From a virus, in the IMG/VR virus record IMGVR_UViG_3300036846_000867, positions 1 through 64,000 of that record: a stretch of DNA of 64,000 nucleotides. The stretch is one strand, 5' to 3'. The position numbers and the translations under genes are program-made. Below, in pieces: positions 39,925-47,649 of the stretch (the stretch's first letter is position 1; each line of letters opens with the position of its first letter). The notes under the pieces were generated by a model. The model was not told where the DNA came from. It saw only the letters and a program-made list of their open reading frames with translations, and searched no databases.

Positions 39925-41195
39925 CAAAGCCGAAGCCCGATCTGGCCTTTCTCGACAAAGTCCACGCATGGACGTTCAACAAGCGCACCGATACCGGCAA
40001 TCTGCTATCGCGCGAATGTCAGATGGTTCAGGCGCGGCTGCGCAGCAAGCTGCGGACGGCGCAGCGCTTTATCGTTGATGACGACGCGGTCGAGATCGCC
40101 GCCGGGCTGTCGCGGGAATTCAACCGGCTGGAGGCGTGGTCGTTCCTCGCCCGCCTGCCCTACGACACGATGTGGCTTCAGTTCAATCTGCACCACAAGA
40201 TCGAATGCATGCGCAAGCTCGACGACCGCATGCTGCCGCTCGACGCCGATCTGGTTTCTCCGGTGCTCGGCTATCTGCTGTTCCGCGACGACACCGGGCC
40301 GTCGCCGGTCTGGATCGCGCATGAGTTTTATCAGGCCGACGACGGCAAGCCGTTCATCGGCATGCTGGCCTTCGTGTTCGATCCCGAGGGCGACACGATG
40401 TGGCCGATACGCGGCTCGAAATACTGGCGCTCGCCGACGCTGTCGCTGCGCAAGGGCTTCCCGCGCATGAAGATCACCGTGGAATGGACCGGTGCCGTCC
40501 GCGACGATCAGCCTGCTACCATGCCGATCACAGCCGATGCCGCGCCGGAGATCGCGCTCTGCGGCATCTACGAGCCGGTCAAGGAGGCGGAAGTTACGAT
40601 GGACGCCGACGGTATGCATGCCACAGGCGATTTCGTCACAGCGCCTTCCTGGTTCATCAACCGTGGCGCGGTGATCGTCGATCCATGGTGGGACCATTAT
40701 CTCGCCCATCGCTGGCAGGACGACACTGAGCGCGTCAACCAGTTGATCCTGTTTCAGATCAACGAATGCCGTGGCGCGATGAAATTCCTGATCACGCTGC
40801 TGGGGGCGATCAACGGCCTGCCCCGCGATGTGAAGCCGATCCTGACGCGTTCAGGCAAGCGGCCGGTCGGGATGAACATGCTGCCCTATCTCGGGCACAG
40901 CCATCTGCGGCTGACGATCCCGCGCGACAACCGCGTCGTCTGGGCGCGCAGGACGCTCGACCATGCCGCAGGCAGCAGTGAGACGCGGCGACAGCATCCG
41001 GTCCGGGGGCACTGGCGGATCGTCGAGCGCGGCAAGAAAGTTACATTCCTCTGCCGCCACATGCCGACGATGGTCGAGCATGGGCTGGGCATCTGCGAGA
41101 ACTGCGAAATGCTGATCCGCTGGATACCGCAGCATGTGCGTGGCGATCCCGAAAAGGGCATGGTCGATCACGATCTTTACGAGGTAACTGTCTGA
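39921..41195 (+). CDS. Large protein of unknown function (424 aa), paralog of 44571-45590
   Basis: ORF track 39879 trimmed to ATG 39921 (ATGA overlap). Shared blocks RLPYDTMW, LGYLLF, FDPEGD, RRQHPVRGHWR. Confidence 0.65.
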   Translation: MTKPKPDLAFLDKVHAWTFNKRTDTGNLLSRECQMVQARLRSKLRTAQRFIVDDDAVEIAAGLSREFNRLEAWSFLARLPYDTMWLQFNLHHKIECMRKLDDRMLPLDADLVSPVLGYLLFRDDTGPSPVWIAHEFYQADDGKPFIGMLAFVFDPEGDTMWPIRGSKYWRSPTLSLRKGFPRMKITVEWTGAVRDDQPATMPITADAAPEIALCGIYEPVKEAEVTMDADGMHATGDFVTAPSWFINRGAVIVDPWWDHYLAHRWQDDTERVNQLILFQINECRGAMKFLITLLGAINGLPRDVKPILTRSGKRPVGMNMLPYLGHSHLRLTIPRDNRVVWARRTLDHAAGSSETRRQHPVRGHWRIVERGKKVTFLCRHMPTMVEHGLGICENCEMLIRWIPQHVRGDPEKGMVDHDLYEVTV

Positions 41196-41410
41196 TGACA
41201 CTCAAAGAAATCGAAGAGCTATGGGAACTCGCCCGCGTCATTCACGAAGCCAGACGCGATCTCGCATGGGGACCGGTCGTAGGCCCAAAGAAGGAGAAAT
41301 GGCCTAGGTTCCACAGGAGCTATACACACAATCCAATCGCCTACGTCGATCTCGCTCTTGCCAGCGCGAAGGCAGTCACAGACACCTTCAAGATCGATCT
41401 CGCGGCTTGA
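41195..41410 (+). CDS. Hypothetical protein (71 aa)
   Basis: ORF track. TGATG overlap. Confidence 0.5.
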   Translation: MTLKEIEELWELARVIHEARRDLAWGPVVGPKKEKWPRFHRSYTHNPIAYVDLALASAKAVTDTFKIDLAA

Positions 41411-41437
41411 ATTTCACGGCCAGATGCCCTATATGTA
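41407..41437 (+). promoter_or_regulatory. Class I promoter TTGAAT-N18-ATATGTAAAGCGG
   Basis: Read directly. Overlaps the end of ORF 41195-41410. Confidence 0.6.
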
Positions 41438-41488
41438 AAGCGGACGCGGGAGATGGTTTCCGGTCCCGAATAGATTGTGAGGTGTCGA

Positions 41489-41725
41489 ATGAGCCGTCAT
41501 GTTCACTTGCATTTAGGCGATGCCTTCAAAGAAGCGAAGCATCCGCGTGGTAAAGGGGGAAAATTCTCCAAGGGTGGCGCGGCTTCTGGTACAACTGAAG
41601 AGCAGCGTCATCAACAACGGATAAAGACCGCTCATAGTTTGGGTGTTGAGCCTGAACACATGTACCCAGAGCACCGTAGGCGTTTTAGCGATCCCAGATT
41701 AAAAGGAGAAATACAGGGCAAATGA
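41489..41725 (+). CDS. Hypothetical protein (78 aa) with HPRGKGGKF motif
   Basis: ORF track 41477 trimmed to ATG 41489 (GAGGTG RBS). Confidence 0.5.
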   Translation: MSRHVHLHLGDAFKEAKHPRGKGGKFSKGGAASGTTEEQRHQQRIKTAHSLGVEPEHMYPEHRRRFSDPRLKGEIQGK

Positions 41726-42180
41726 CGACGGGACTGATGACAAATCCGGCCCAAATCCGCCAGTTCACGCTAGCCGGTCTGGCAACGCTGACGCTCAAAT
41801 CGCTGCGTACCGAACGCCATTACACGTACAAGATCAAGCAGGCGGTCGATAAGGAGACGGGCGAAGAGAAGGCGCTGTGGTTCGTCGCGGTCCTGGCCAA
41901 TGGCGAGGATTACAAATACATCGGCTGCATCGCTGGCGCGGCCGAGACGTTCAAGCTGACGGGCGGCAGCAAATTCACCGAGGATGCCGGTTGCGTCAAG
42001 GCGTGGCGGTATTTCTGGACCGGGATTACGGCCGGTGCGGTTAAGCCGGAACTTGAAATCCGGCACGAAGGACGCTGCGGCCGGTGCGGCCGGGAACTGA
42101 CGACGCCAGAAAGTATTGATACCGGATTTGGTCCCGAATGTTCGGCCGTACTCGGTGTCCCCTGGATGACGCGGACATGA
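41722..42180 (+). CDS. Hypothetical protein (152 aa) with C-terminal CGRCGR..GFGPEC motif (DUF6011-like)
   Basis: ORF track. ATGA overlap. Confidence 0.55.
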   Translation: MTTGLMTNPAQIRQFTLAGLATLTLKSLRTERHYTYKIKQAVDKETGEEKALWFVAVLANGEDYKYIGCIAGAAETFKLTGGSKFTEDAGCVKAWRYFWTGITAGAVKPELEIRHEGRCGRCGRELTTPESIDTGFGPECSAVLGVPWMTRT

Positions 42181-42404
42181 CCAAGGAAGAATTATGGGAA
42201 GAGCAGATGACCGCAGACATCGAGAACAAGCGCGCCGATACCGACTATAAACGAACGATGCTGCGTTGGGAGCCGTGGAAGGCAATTCTTGCGGCAGTAG
42301 CCGCAACCGCTGCCTTGGCAGGCTTTACCGGCTACAAAATCGGCACGGTAACGCCTCCCACACCGCCGATCATTATTAACATACCAGCGCTGCCGAAATC
42401 TTAG
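42177..42404 (+). CDS. Hypothetical TM protein (75 aa)
   Basis: ORF track 42138 trimmed to ATG 42177 (ATGA overlap). Confidence 0.5.
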   Translation: MTKEELWEEQMTADIENKRADTDYKRTMLRWEPWKAILAAVAATAALAGFTGYKIGTVTPPTPPIIINIPALPKS

Positions 42405-42563
42405 ATGGAACAAATTTGGTCCCTCCTGAATTGGATTTCCTACGGCTTGATCGTCGCCGCCGTAGTACTATTGCCACACTCTATCTACAGTCGAGCCATA
42501 GTAGTAATACCGGCGGCATTAATTATTATTATTATTATGATTGAACGCGCAAGGAAGCTGTAA
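42405..42563 (+). CDS. Micro membrane protein (52 aa), contains an (ATT)5 run
   Basis: Own translation MEQIWSLLNWISYGLIVAAVVLL...ALIIIIIMIERARKL. TAATG overlap with the next gene. Confidence 0.4.
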   Translation: MEQIWSLLNWISYGLIVAAVVLLPHSIYSRAIVVIPAALIIIIIMIERARKL

Positions 42564-43084
42564 TGGCATTAACTCTAGATCAGCTAGTCGAGAGCGGCGT
42601 CAAGCACGCGAAGCACATCCTGCTGAAAAAGCGCGAGCCGCAGATGCAGGCTTTCTACACGCTGATCTCGAATACGGGCGAAATCATCATGCTACCCTGC
42701 ACATTCACCAACGATTTCGAGAAGGATGTGACGGTCGCGACGGTCAAGCTCACGGCAGAAATAAGCAACGCGGTCATGGCGCTCTACGTCGCTGAAGCCT
42801 GGATGCTGAGATTGTCCAAGCCGCTGACACCGTGGCATGCCGACCGAACGATGGAAAATCTGCCGCGTCCGTCGCAGAGCCCGGACCGGATTGAGGTTGT
42901 CCATTGCGTGGCCACCGACGGCACCACCGTCAAAGCCTGCGCTTTGCAAATGGTGCGAGACAAGCCCGGCGGTAAACTAATTTCCCTGGTTCCGATGCCC
43001 GAATTAGACGGCGGCAACGGGAAGAACTATATGGGCAGAATGATCGATGGGATCATCCCATCGAGAAAGGAAGCACCACAATGA
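42563..43084 (+). CDS. Hypothetical protein (173 aa)
   Basis: ORF track. Confidence 0.6.
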   Translation: MALTLDQLVESGVKHAKHILLKKREPQMQAFYTLISNTGEIIMLPCTFTNDFEKDVTVATVKLTAEISNAVMALYVAEAWMLRLSKPLTPWHADRTMENLPRPSQSPDRIEVVHCVATDGTTVKACALQMVRDKPGGKLISLVPMPELDGGNGKNYMGRMIDGIIPSRKEAPQ

Positions 43085-43683
43085 ACAAAGACTTATCGCG
43101 GCTGAGCACGGCCGAGGAGCTATGGCTCTGGCGCATCCGCCAGCCGGTGACCGTCCAGCCGGAAAGCCGCTACATACGCAGCACGATGACGCGCGGCGAG
43201 GCGGCGAAGTTTCTTGGGATAAGCCTGGAACGCTACAAGAATTTGGAAGCGGGGCGGCGCATCAACGTCGCGGTCGAGGAACTGCCGTCTCTCGCCTTCC
43301 TGCGCATGCCGCGTCCGGAGATTTCGCTGCGCGAGCAGCTTATCCTGGCCCGCCACCGCTCCGGGCTCTACATCCGCCAGATCGCCGAGGAATTCGGCAT
43401 GTCGCACACCAGCATGCTGACGCATGAAGACGCAGCATCGCGACGGCTGATCGACTACTGGTCGAGCAAGGGCTTCTTTGGCTGGGCATTACCGCCGGAA
43501 ATCGAGCCCAGGCCGGTTCGCCCGGTCCTGCTCCGCCGCGCGCCAGCACCACCGCCACCGCCAGTCGTATATCCCGCGCGGCCGGTTCTGCTACGCCGCA
43601 CGCCAGTATCGCTGCCGCCAGTCGCACATCCCGCGCGGCCGGTTCTGCTGAGCCGTAGTGAGCGTAACCAAGCAGCGGCCTGA
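43081..43683 (+). CDS. HTH DNA-binding protein (200 aa) with three C-terminal PARPVLL(R/S)R repeats
   Basis: MTRGEAAKFLGISLERYKNLEAGRR (XRE-like HTH). Second HTH-like YIRQIAEEFGMSHTSM. ATGA overlap. Confidence 0.55.
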   Translation: MNKDLSRLSTAEELWLWRIRQPVTVQPESRYIRSTMTRGEAAKFLGISLERYKNLEAGRRINVAVEELPSLAFLRMPRPEISLREQLILARHRSGLYIRQIAEEFGMSHTSMLTHEDAASRRLIDYWSSKGFFGWALPPEIEPRPVRPVLLRRAPAPPPPPVVYPARPVLLRRTPVSLPPVAHPARPVLLSRSERNQAAA

Positions 43684-43687
43684 TCGA

Positions 43688-43698
43688 GGTATATAAAT
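43688..43698 (+). promoter_or_regulatory. GGTATATAAAT promoter-like box
   Basis: Read directly, 29 nt upstream of ORF 43727. No -35. Confidence 0.3.
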
Positions 43699-43726
43699 GG
43701 CATGAGCAAGGAACGGGGAGGCAGAC

Positions 43727-44266
43727 ATGAGCAGCAAAGTAAATCGATCAGTTTATGATTGCTATGAGCGAGCCGCCCCCGATGAGGAGATGTTCATCCT
43801 GCTGGGCCGCGACCGGCATGCGGCGGCTCTCGTCCGCCTGTGGGCCGAGATGCGCGAGCGCGAGGGCGAAGACCCCATCATCGTCGAGGAAGCGCGCGAA
43901 TGCGCCGCTCGTCTGGAACAGTACGCGCAGGCGCTGGGCAAACCGGTGATGAACATGAACAGCATCGTGATGTTCGCCACCACGCTGCGGCAGGAAAAGG
44001 AAGCGGCAGTGGCAGCCCCGCCACCGCAGGAAGCCGTCACGTCAGGCTACGCCCTCGCGGTCAACGAGATCGTCATGGTAGGCCACGGCGGCCCCGCCAA
44101 GCTCATGCGTATCTTCCCCGACAATGCCGAAAACGAAGCGGTGCGCGGTAAAGTCAATGTGCAGTTCCCACGCTCGCCCGGACCGGTGACGGTCGATGCG
44201 ATCCAGATACGCCGCGCAATGCCGGAGGAAGTGGAACAATACCGGTTGGCCGGGGGCCGCCTGTGA
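43727..44266 (+). CDS. Hypothetical protein (179 aa)
   Basis: ORF track. GGGGAGG RBS. Confidence 0.6.
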   Translation: MSSKVNRSVYDCYERAAPDEEMFILLGRDRHAAALVRLWAEMREREGEDPIIVEEARECAARLEQYAQALGKPVMNMNSIVMFATTLRQEKEAAVAAPPPQEAVTSGYALAVNEIVMVGHGGPAKLMRIFPDNAENEAVRGKVNVQFPRSPGPVTVDAIQIRRAMPEEVEQYRLAGGRL

Positions 44267-44571
44267 GCGATACCGCAGCCGAGCTAAGATTGCTGTCGAT
44301 GGCAGACGAAAAGCACAGATTTGCCATCGAGATGAACTACCAGTTCAATGAAGCGCTTCAAGCAGCCTTTGAGCGTGGCATCGATGAACAGTGGTTCACA
44401 CTGGTCGATGTCTCACAGATGGCGGATGGACATATCGGACCGGGATATTTCCGTGTCTTCCGTCTGACCGATGCCGGATTAAATAAATTGAAGCTATTGA
44501 GATTACGCCAAGAGGCCAACGCCAAGGCCGAGGGAGCCGCGCTGGATGCGTGGGAAGCCAAGTGTACTTGA
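44263..44571 (+). CDS. Hypothetical protein (102 aa)
   Basis: ORF track. GTGA overlap. Confidence 0.5.
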   Translation: MSDTAAELRLLSMADEKHRFAIEMNYQFNEALQAAFERGIDEQWFTLVDVSQMADGHIGPGYFRVFRLTDAGLNKLKLLRLRQEANAKAEGAALDAWEAKCT

Positions 44572-45590
44572 TGGACACCGTAGCGAACGCGGCCATGCTC
44601 GTTCGCAACAGCGGTATCAAGAACGATCCGCTGCTGAAAATCTTCCCGCTGCTGAACCAGAAGATGATCGGTGCGCCACGCTTCCTGCTCGACGAAAACA
44701 CGATCCACACGGCGGTCGAGCTAACATTGGGACGCCCAAAAGTGCTGCTGGAGGCAATGCGCCATCTGCGCGTGCCTTATCCGCATATCTGGTGCGAATG
44801 GCCAGAGAACGGACGGGCCAAGCTGCGTGAGGTGTTCGGCTATCAAAACCAGATCGGTCCCGACCGCCCGCTGCCCCAGCGGCTCGGCTTTTTCCTCGAA
44901 TGCACCGACGAGGACGGGCGCAAGGGACACGTCACATGGTGCTGGACATCGCCGGATCACGAGGCGCTGAACGGTGAGACGATCCCGCTCGCAGGCAATT
45001 TCCCCAACATCGCGCCGATCTCGCCATTCTTCGATCTCGATGGCCGCGTGGACCAGCCCAGTGACAAGATCGCTGGCTTCCTGCGCGGCAATCTCTGTCG
45101 CCTGTGGCGTGATAACCCCGTGCAACTCGAAGCCCTGTTCGACATCTGGCGCACCGCCGTGCACGGCCCCAATGAATGGGGCTACGATTATCTCGCCATC
45201 CTACAAAGACAAGGGATGCTCGAAGACCAGCTTCCCAATATGTGGGCCGATGTCTACGGGGAATACATCATCATCTGGGCGATCCTGCTGCTGCTCACAT
45301 CGAGCCGCAAGACGGTCGATTATCGCCCGGTAGACCGGACGCGGATCAACAAGCTGCGGGCAAAGCGCAGGCAGTCGCTGCTGTTCGATCATACCGAAAT
45401 CGTCATGCATCTCGGCGAGCAGCACATCGTCGGCCAGCACCGCCAGCCATTGGGTTATGCGCGAAAATCGCCCCGCATTCACATGGTGTCCAGCTACCTG
45501 AACCGGCGTGGTGACAAGCACTGGATTACAAAACCCTTCACACGTGGTAGCGGCGAGACCATCCATAGGCAGATTAAAGTAAGAGCTTGA
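44571..45590 (+). CDS. Large protein of unknown function (339 aa), paralog of 39921-41195
   Basis: ORF track 44550 trimmed to ATG 44571 (TGATG overlap). Shared blocks RVPYPHIW, LGFFLE, FDLDGR, SPRIHMVSSYLNRR. Confidence 0.6.
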   Translation: MDTVANAAMLVRNSGIKNDPLLKIFPLLNQKMIGAPRFLLDENTIHTAVELTLGRPKVLLEAMRHLRVPYPHIWCEWPENGRAKLREVFGYQNQIGPDRPLPQRLGFFLECTDEDGRKGHVTWCWTSPDHEALNGETIPLAGNFPNIAPISPFFDLDGRVDQPSDKIAGFLRGNLCRLWRDNPVQLEALFDIWRTAVHGPNEWGYDYLAILQRQGMLEDQLPNMWADVYGEYIIIWAILLLLTSSRKTVDYRPVDRTRINKLRAKRRQSLLFDHTEIVMHLGEQHIVGQHRQPLGYARKSPRIHMVSSYLNRRGDKHWITKPFTRGSGETIHRQIKVRA

Positions 45591-45593
45591 GCT

Positions 45594-45935
45594 ATGGAAC
45601 TACGAATTATCATGACCGACCATCTCGATGCACCGTCGTATCAACCGCGCTATGCGATCCTGCGCAACAAGAGCGCGGCCGAGGTCGAGGATTTTGCCAG
45701 AACACACCCGCGCGTCTTTGTCTTTGCGTTCGCAACGCTATCGATTGAGGATTGCCCAGACTATTCCAGCCTCGCGCCACCGGATGAGCCGGATATCATG
45801 ATGCCTGAACACCGCCATTACATTGTTCAACCAATGTACCTCGGCAACTTCGACGAGCCCGAGAAAGCGATTCGATCAGTCATCGAGCAGGTGTTCGGCG
45901 AGGACCACACCAACAACGCAATCGAGATCATATGA
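45594..45935 (+). CDS. Hypothetical protein (113 aa)
   Basis: ORF track. Confidence 0.55.
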   Translation: MELRIIMTDHLDAPSYQPRYAILRNKSAAEVEDFARTHPRVFVFAFATLSIEDCPDYSSLAPPDEPDIMMPEHRHYIVQPMYLGNFDEPEKAIRSVIEQVFGEDHTNNAIEII

Positions 45936-46159
45936 GCTTGACGTTTTCCGGTGGGGAAATCCGCATGAACAGCAGCGACTGGTCAAAGCCTGTCCAGGGC
46001 AAGCCGGTCGGCTACCAACTGACCGTCGTCAATCCCGACGATCCGCGCTTCGGCGCGGATGCCAGAGCCGAGACGATGGAGCCGCTGCTGGAATTGAACG
46101 AGCAGCTTGCCGTGCTGGGGTATGAATTCATGAAGCTGGAACGTATCTATAGGAGCTAG
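45932..46159 (+). CDS. Hypothetical protein (75 aa)
   Basis: ORF track. ATGA overlap. Confidence 0.5.
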   Translation: MSLTFSGGEIRMNSSDWSKPVQGKPVGYQLTVVNPDDPRFGADARAETMEPLLELNEQLAVLGYEFMKLERIYRS

Positions 46160-46168
46160 GACATTGCT

Positions 46169-46420
46169 ATGTCGATCTCCTACCGCTATCCCTACCGCTA
46201 CATCGCCAGCAAACCGGTAAAATTCGAACAACTTGGTGACGCCCGCTGGATGTATGTCGAAGCGCCGCCGCATCTCGCCAACAACATGGCAGGCTGCCCG
46301 GTCAGCAAGCACGAATACGGCGTCATCGCCACCGACCGCTTCCTGTTGGAATCGGTCCAGAACGCGGCCGGGCTGACACCCATCAAAGCAATGGCAGACC
46401 ATCAGTTTGACGGAGCATAG
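46169..46420 (+). CDS. Hypothetical protein (83 aa)
   Basis: ORF track. Confidence 0.5.
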   Translation: MSISYRYPYRYIASKPVKFEQLGDARWMYVEAPPHLANNMAGCPVSKHEYGVIATDRFLLESVQNAAGLTPIKAMADHQFDGA

Positions 46421-46450
46421 CCAAGGCCGGGCGCGACCGGTGCAAGGCTA

Positions 46451-46518
46451 GGGGGGCCGACGGTGGAGAGGGACACAGAGCGCGACGGCGCTCTCCTCGC
46501 AGAAGCTAGCGGCCCCCC
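46451..46518 (+). terminator. Long GC-rich compound hairpin followed by CGCTTTTCG
   Basis: GGGGGGCCG (46451-46459) pairs with CGGCCCCCC (46510-46518). Inner pairs GGAGAG/CTCTCC and GAGCGC/GCGCTC. Confidence 0.55.
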
Positions 46519-46550
46519 GGCGCTTTTCGAGAGGAAGAGGATCGTTTGAC

Positions 46551-46748
46551 ATGAGCATGTCTGGTCCGATCAGGTGGGTGAAGCAACCATACATCCCCGA
46601 AGGCAAAGTAGCGCTGTTACGCGACGGCAAGCTTGTTTGGTATGGAAATTTATCCGATCCGTTCGACGATGCCGACATGGACGAGATGCATCTCAACCCG
46701 GCCGATTGGAAAGCACTGGCCAGGACGCTAGCCGAAAAATCGCCATAG
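46551..46748 (+). CDS. Hypothetical protein (65 aa), last rightward gene
   Basis: ORF track. GAGGAAGAGGA RBS. Confidence 0.5.
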   Translation: MSMSGPIRWVKQPYIPEGKVALLRDGKLVWYGNLSDPFDDADMDEMHLNPADWKALARTLAEKSP

Positions 46749-46765
46749 AAGCCCGTAGACACGCA

Positions 46766-46806
46766 AAAGGGGCCACTGACTGGTGTAGCACCAGCCCGGC
46801 CCCTTT
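46766..46806. terminator. Bidirectional terminator between convergent arms
   Basis: AAAGGGGCC..CTGGTG-TAG-CACCAG..GGCCCCTTT two-tier hairpin with A/T runs on both sides. Confidence 0.75.
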
Positions 46807-46841
46807 CGCTTACCAGCGGCCCTCAGAACGGCCCTGACAGG

Positions 46842-47141
46842 CTAATCCCTGGACGGCGACATCCCCAACGGCGCTTTGTAATGGCTCGACCGGTGTATCC
46901 GGTGGTGGCGGGCCGGAGGCTCGACGTAGCGCGCGTGATGATAGCGATGATGGCGGTAATGGCGGCGATGATAACGATGCGTCGGATAGTTCTCCGCCAC
47001 GCTTGGAGCCGGAGCCGGGGGCGCAGCGACCACCGGTTGCGGCGCATAAGCGATCTGAGGCGGTGGTGGCGGGGGCGGCGTAGGAGCAGCACACGCTGCC
47101 AGCATAGCAACGGCAACAAAGCCAAGGACAAGGACACGCAT
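46842..47141 (-). CDS. Lipoprotein (99 aa) with Pro-rich linker and His/Arg/Tyr-rich C-terminal region
   Basis: Signal peptide plus lipobox MLAAC. GAGGAGGAA RBS. HRYHRRHYRHHRYHHARY. Confidence 0.7.
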   Translation of the reverse strand: MRVLVLGFVAVAMLAACAAPTPPPPPPPQIAYAPQPVVAAPPAPAPSVAENYPTHRYHRRHYRHHRYHHARYVEPPARHHRIHRSSHYKAPLGMSPSRD

Positions 47142-47169
47142 GGCGGTTTCCTCCTCTTCTAAAGTTTAG

Positions 47170-47640
47170 TTAGTGTGATGTACCAGATTCCGGTTCCGGT
47201 GTTGGTTCCGTTGGTTCAGGTTCCGGATCGTGGGGTTCTTGCTTCACGACTGGTGCCGGTTGATCAGGTAGTTCCGGTGCCGGTATCAGCGGCACGGACG
47301 GTGGTGGCGGCGGGGGCGGTGGCACATTCGGCAGCGGCGGCAGGCTGCCGCGCACATTCGGCAACACCGCCGTCTCGCTGTAGCTGAAGCCAAGCTCTTC
47401 GAGCTTCTTGACCAGCATCTCTTTCTGCTGTTGCAGCGCACTTCCGATAACGTTCAGCGACGCCCCGTCACTGAGCGGCGGATCGAGCGAGATCACCGTC
47501 GCCACCGGAGGCTTGCCGCTGCTGGCGATGGTCAGGCTAAGCAGCGAACCGTCCTTTAAATCAACAATAGCCCGCTCAATCAACGCAAGCTGCCACTGCA
47601 TCCGGGCCGCTTCCGGAATTTGATTGATGTCTGGCATCAA
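47170..47640 (-). CDS. Hypothetical protein (156 aa), Pro-rich C-terminus, downstream of the tail fibre
   Basis: ORF track. Confidence 0.6.
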   Translation of the reverse strand: MMPDINQIPEAARMQWQLALIERAIVDLKDGSLLSLTIASSGKPPVATVISLDPPLSDGASLNVIGSALQQQKEMLVKKLEELGFSYSETAVLPNVRGSLPPLPNVPPPPPPPPSVPLIPAPELPDQPAPVVKQEPHDPEPEPTEPTPEPESGTSH

Positions 47641-47649
47641 ACTTTCTCC

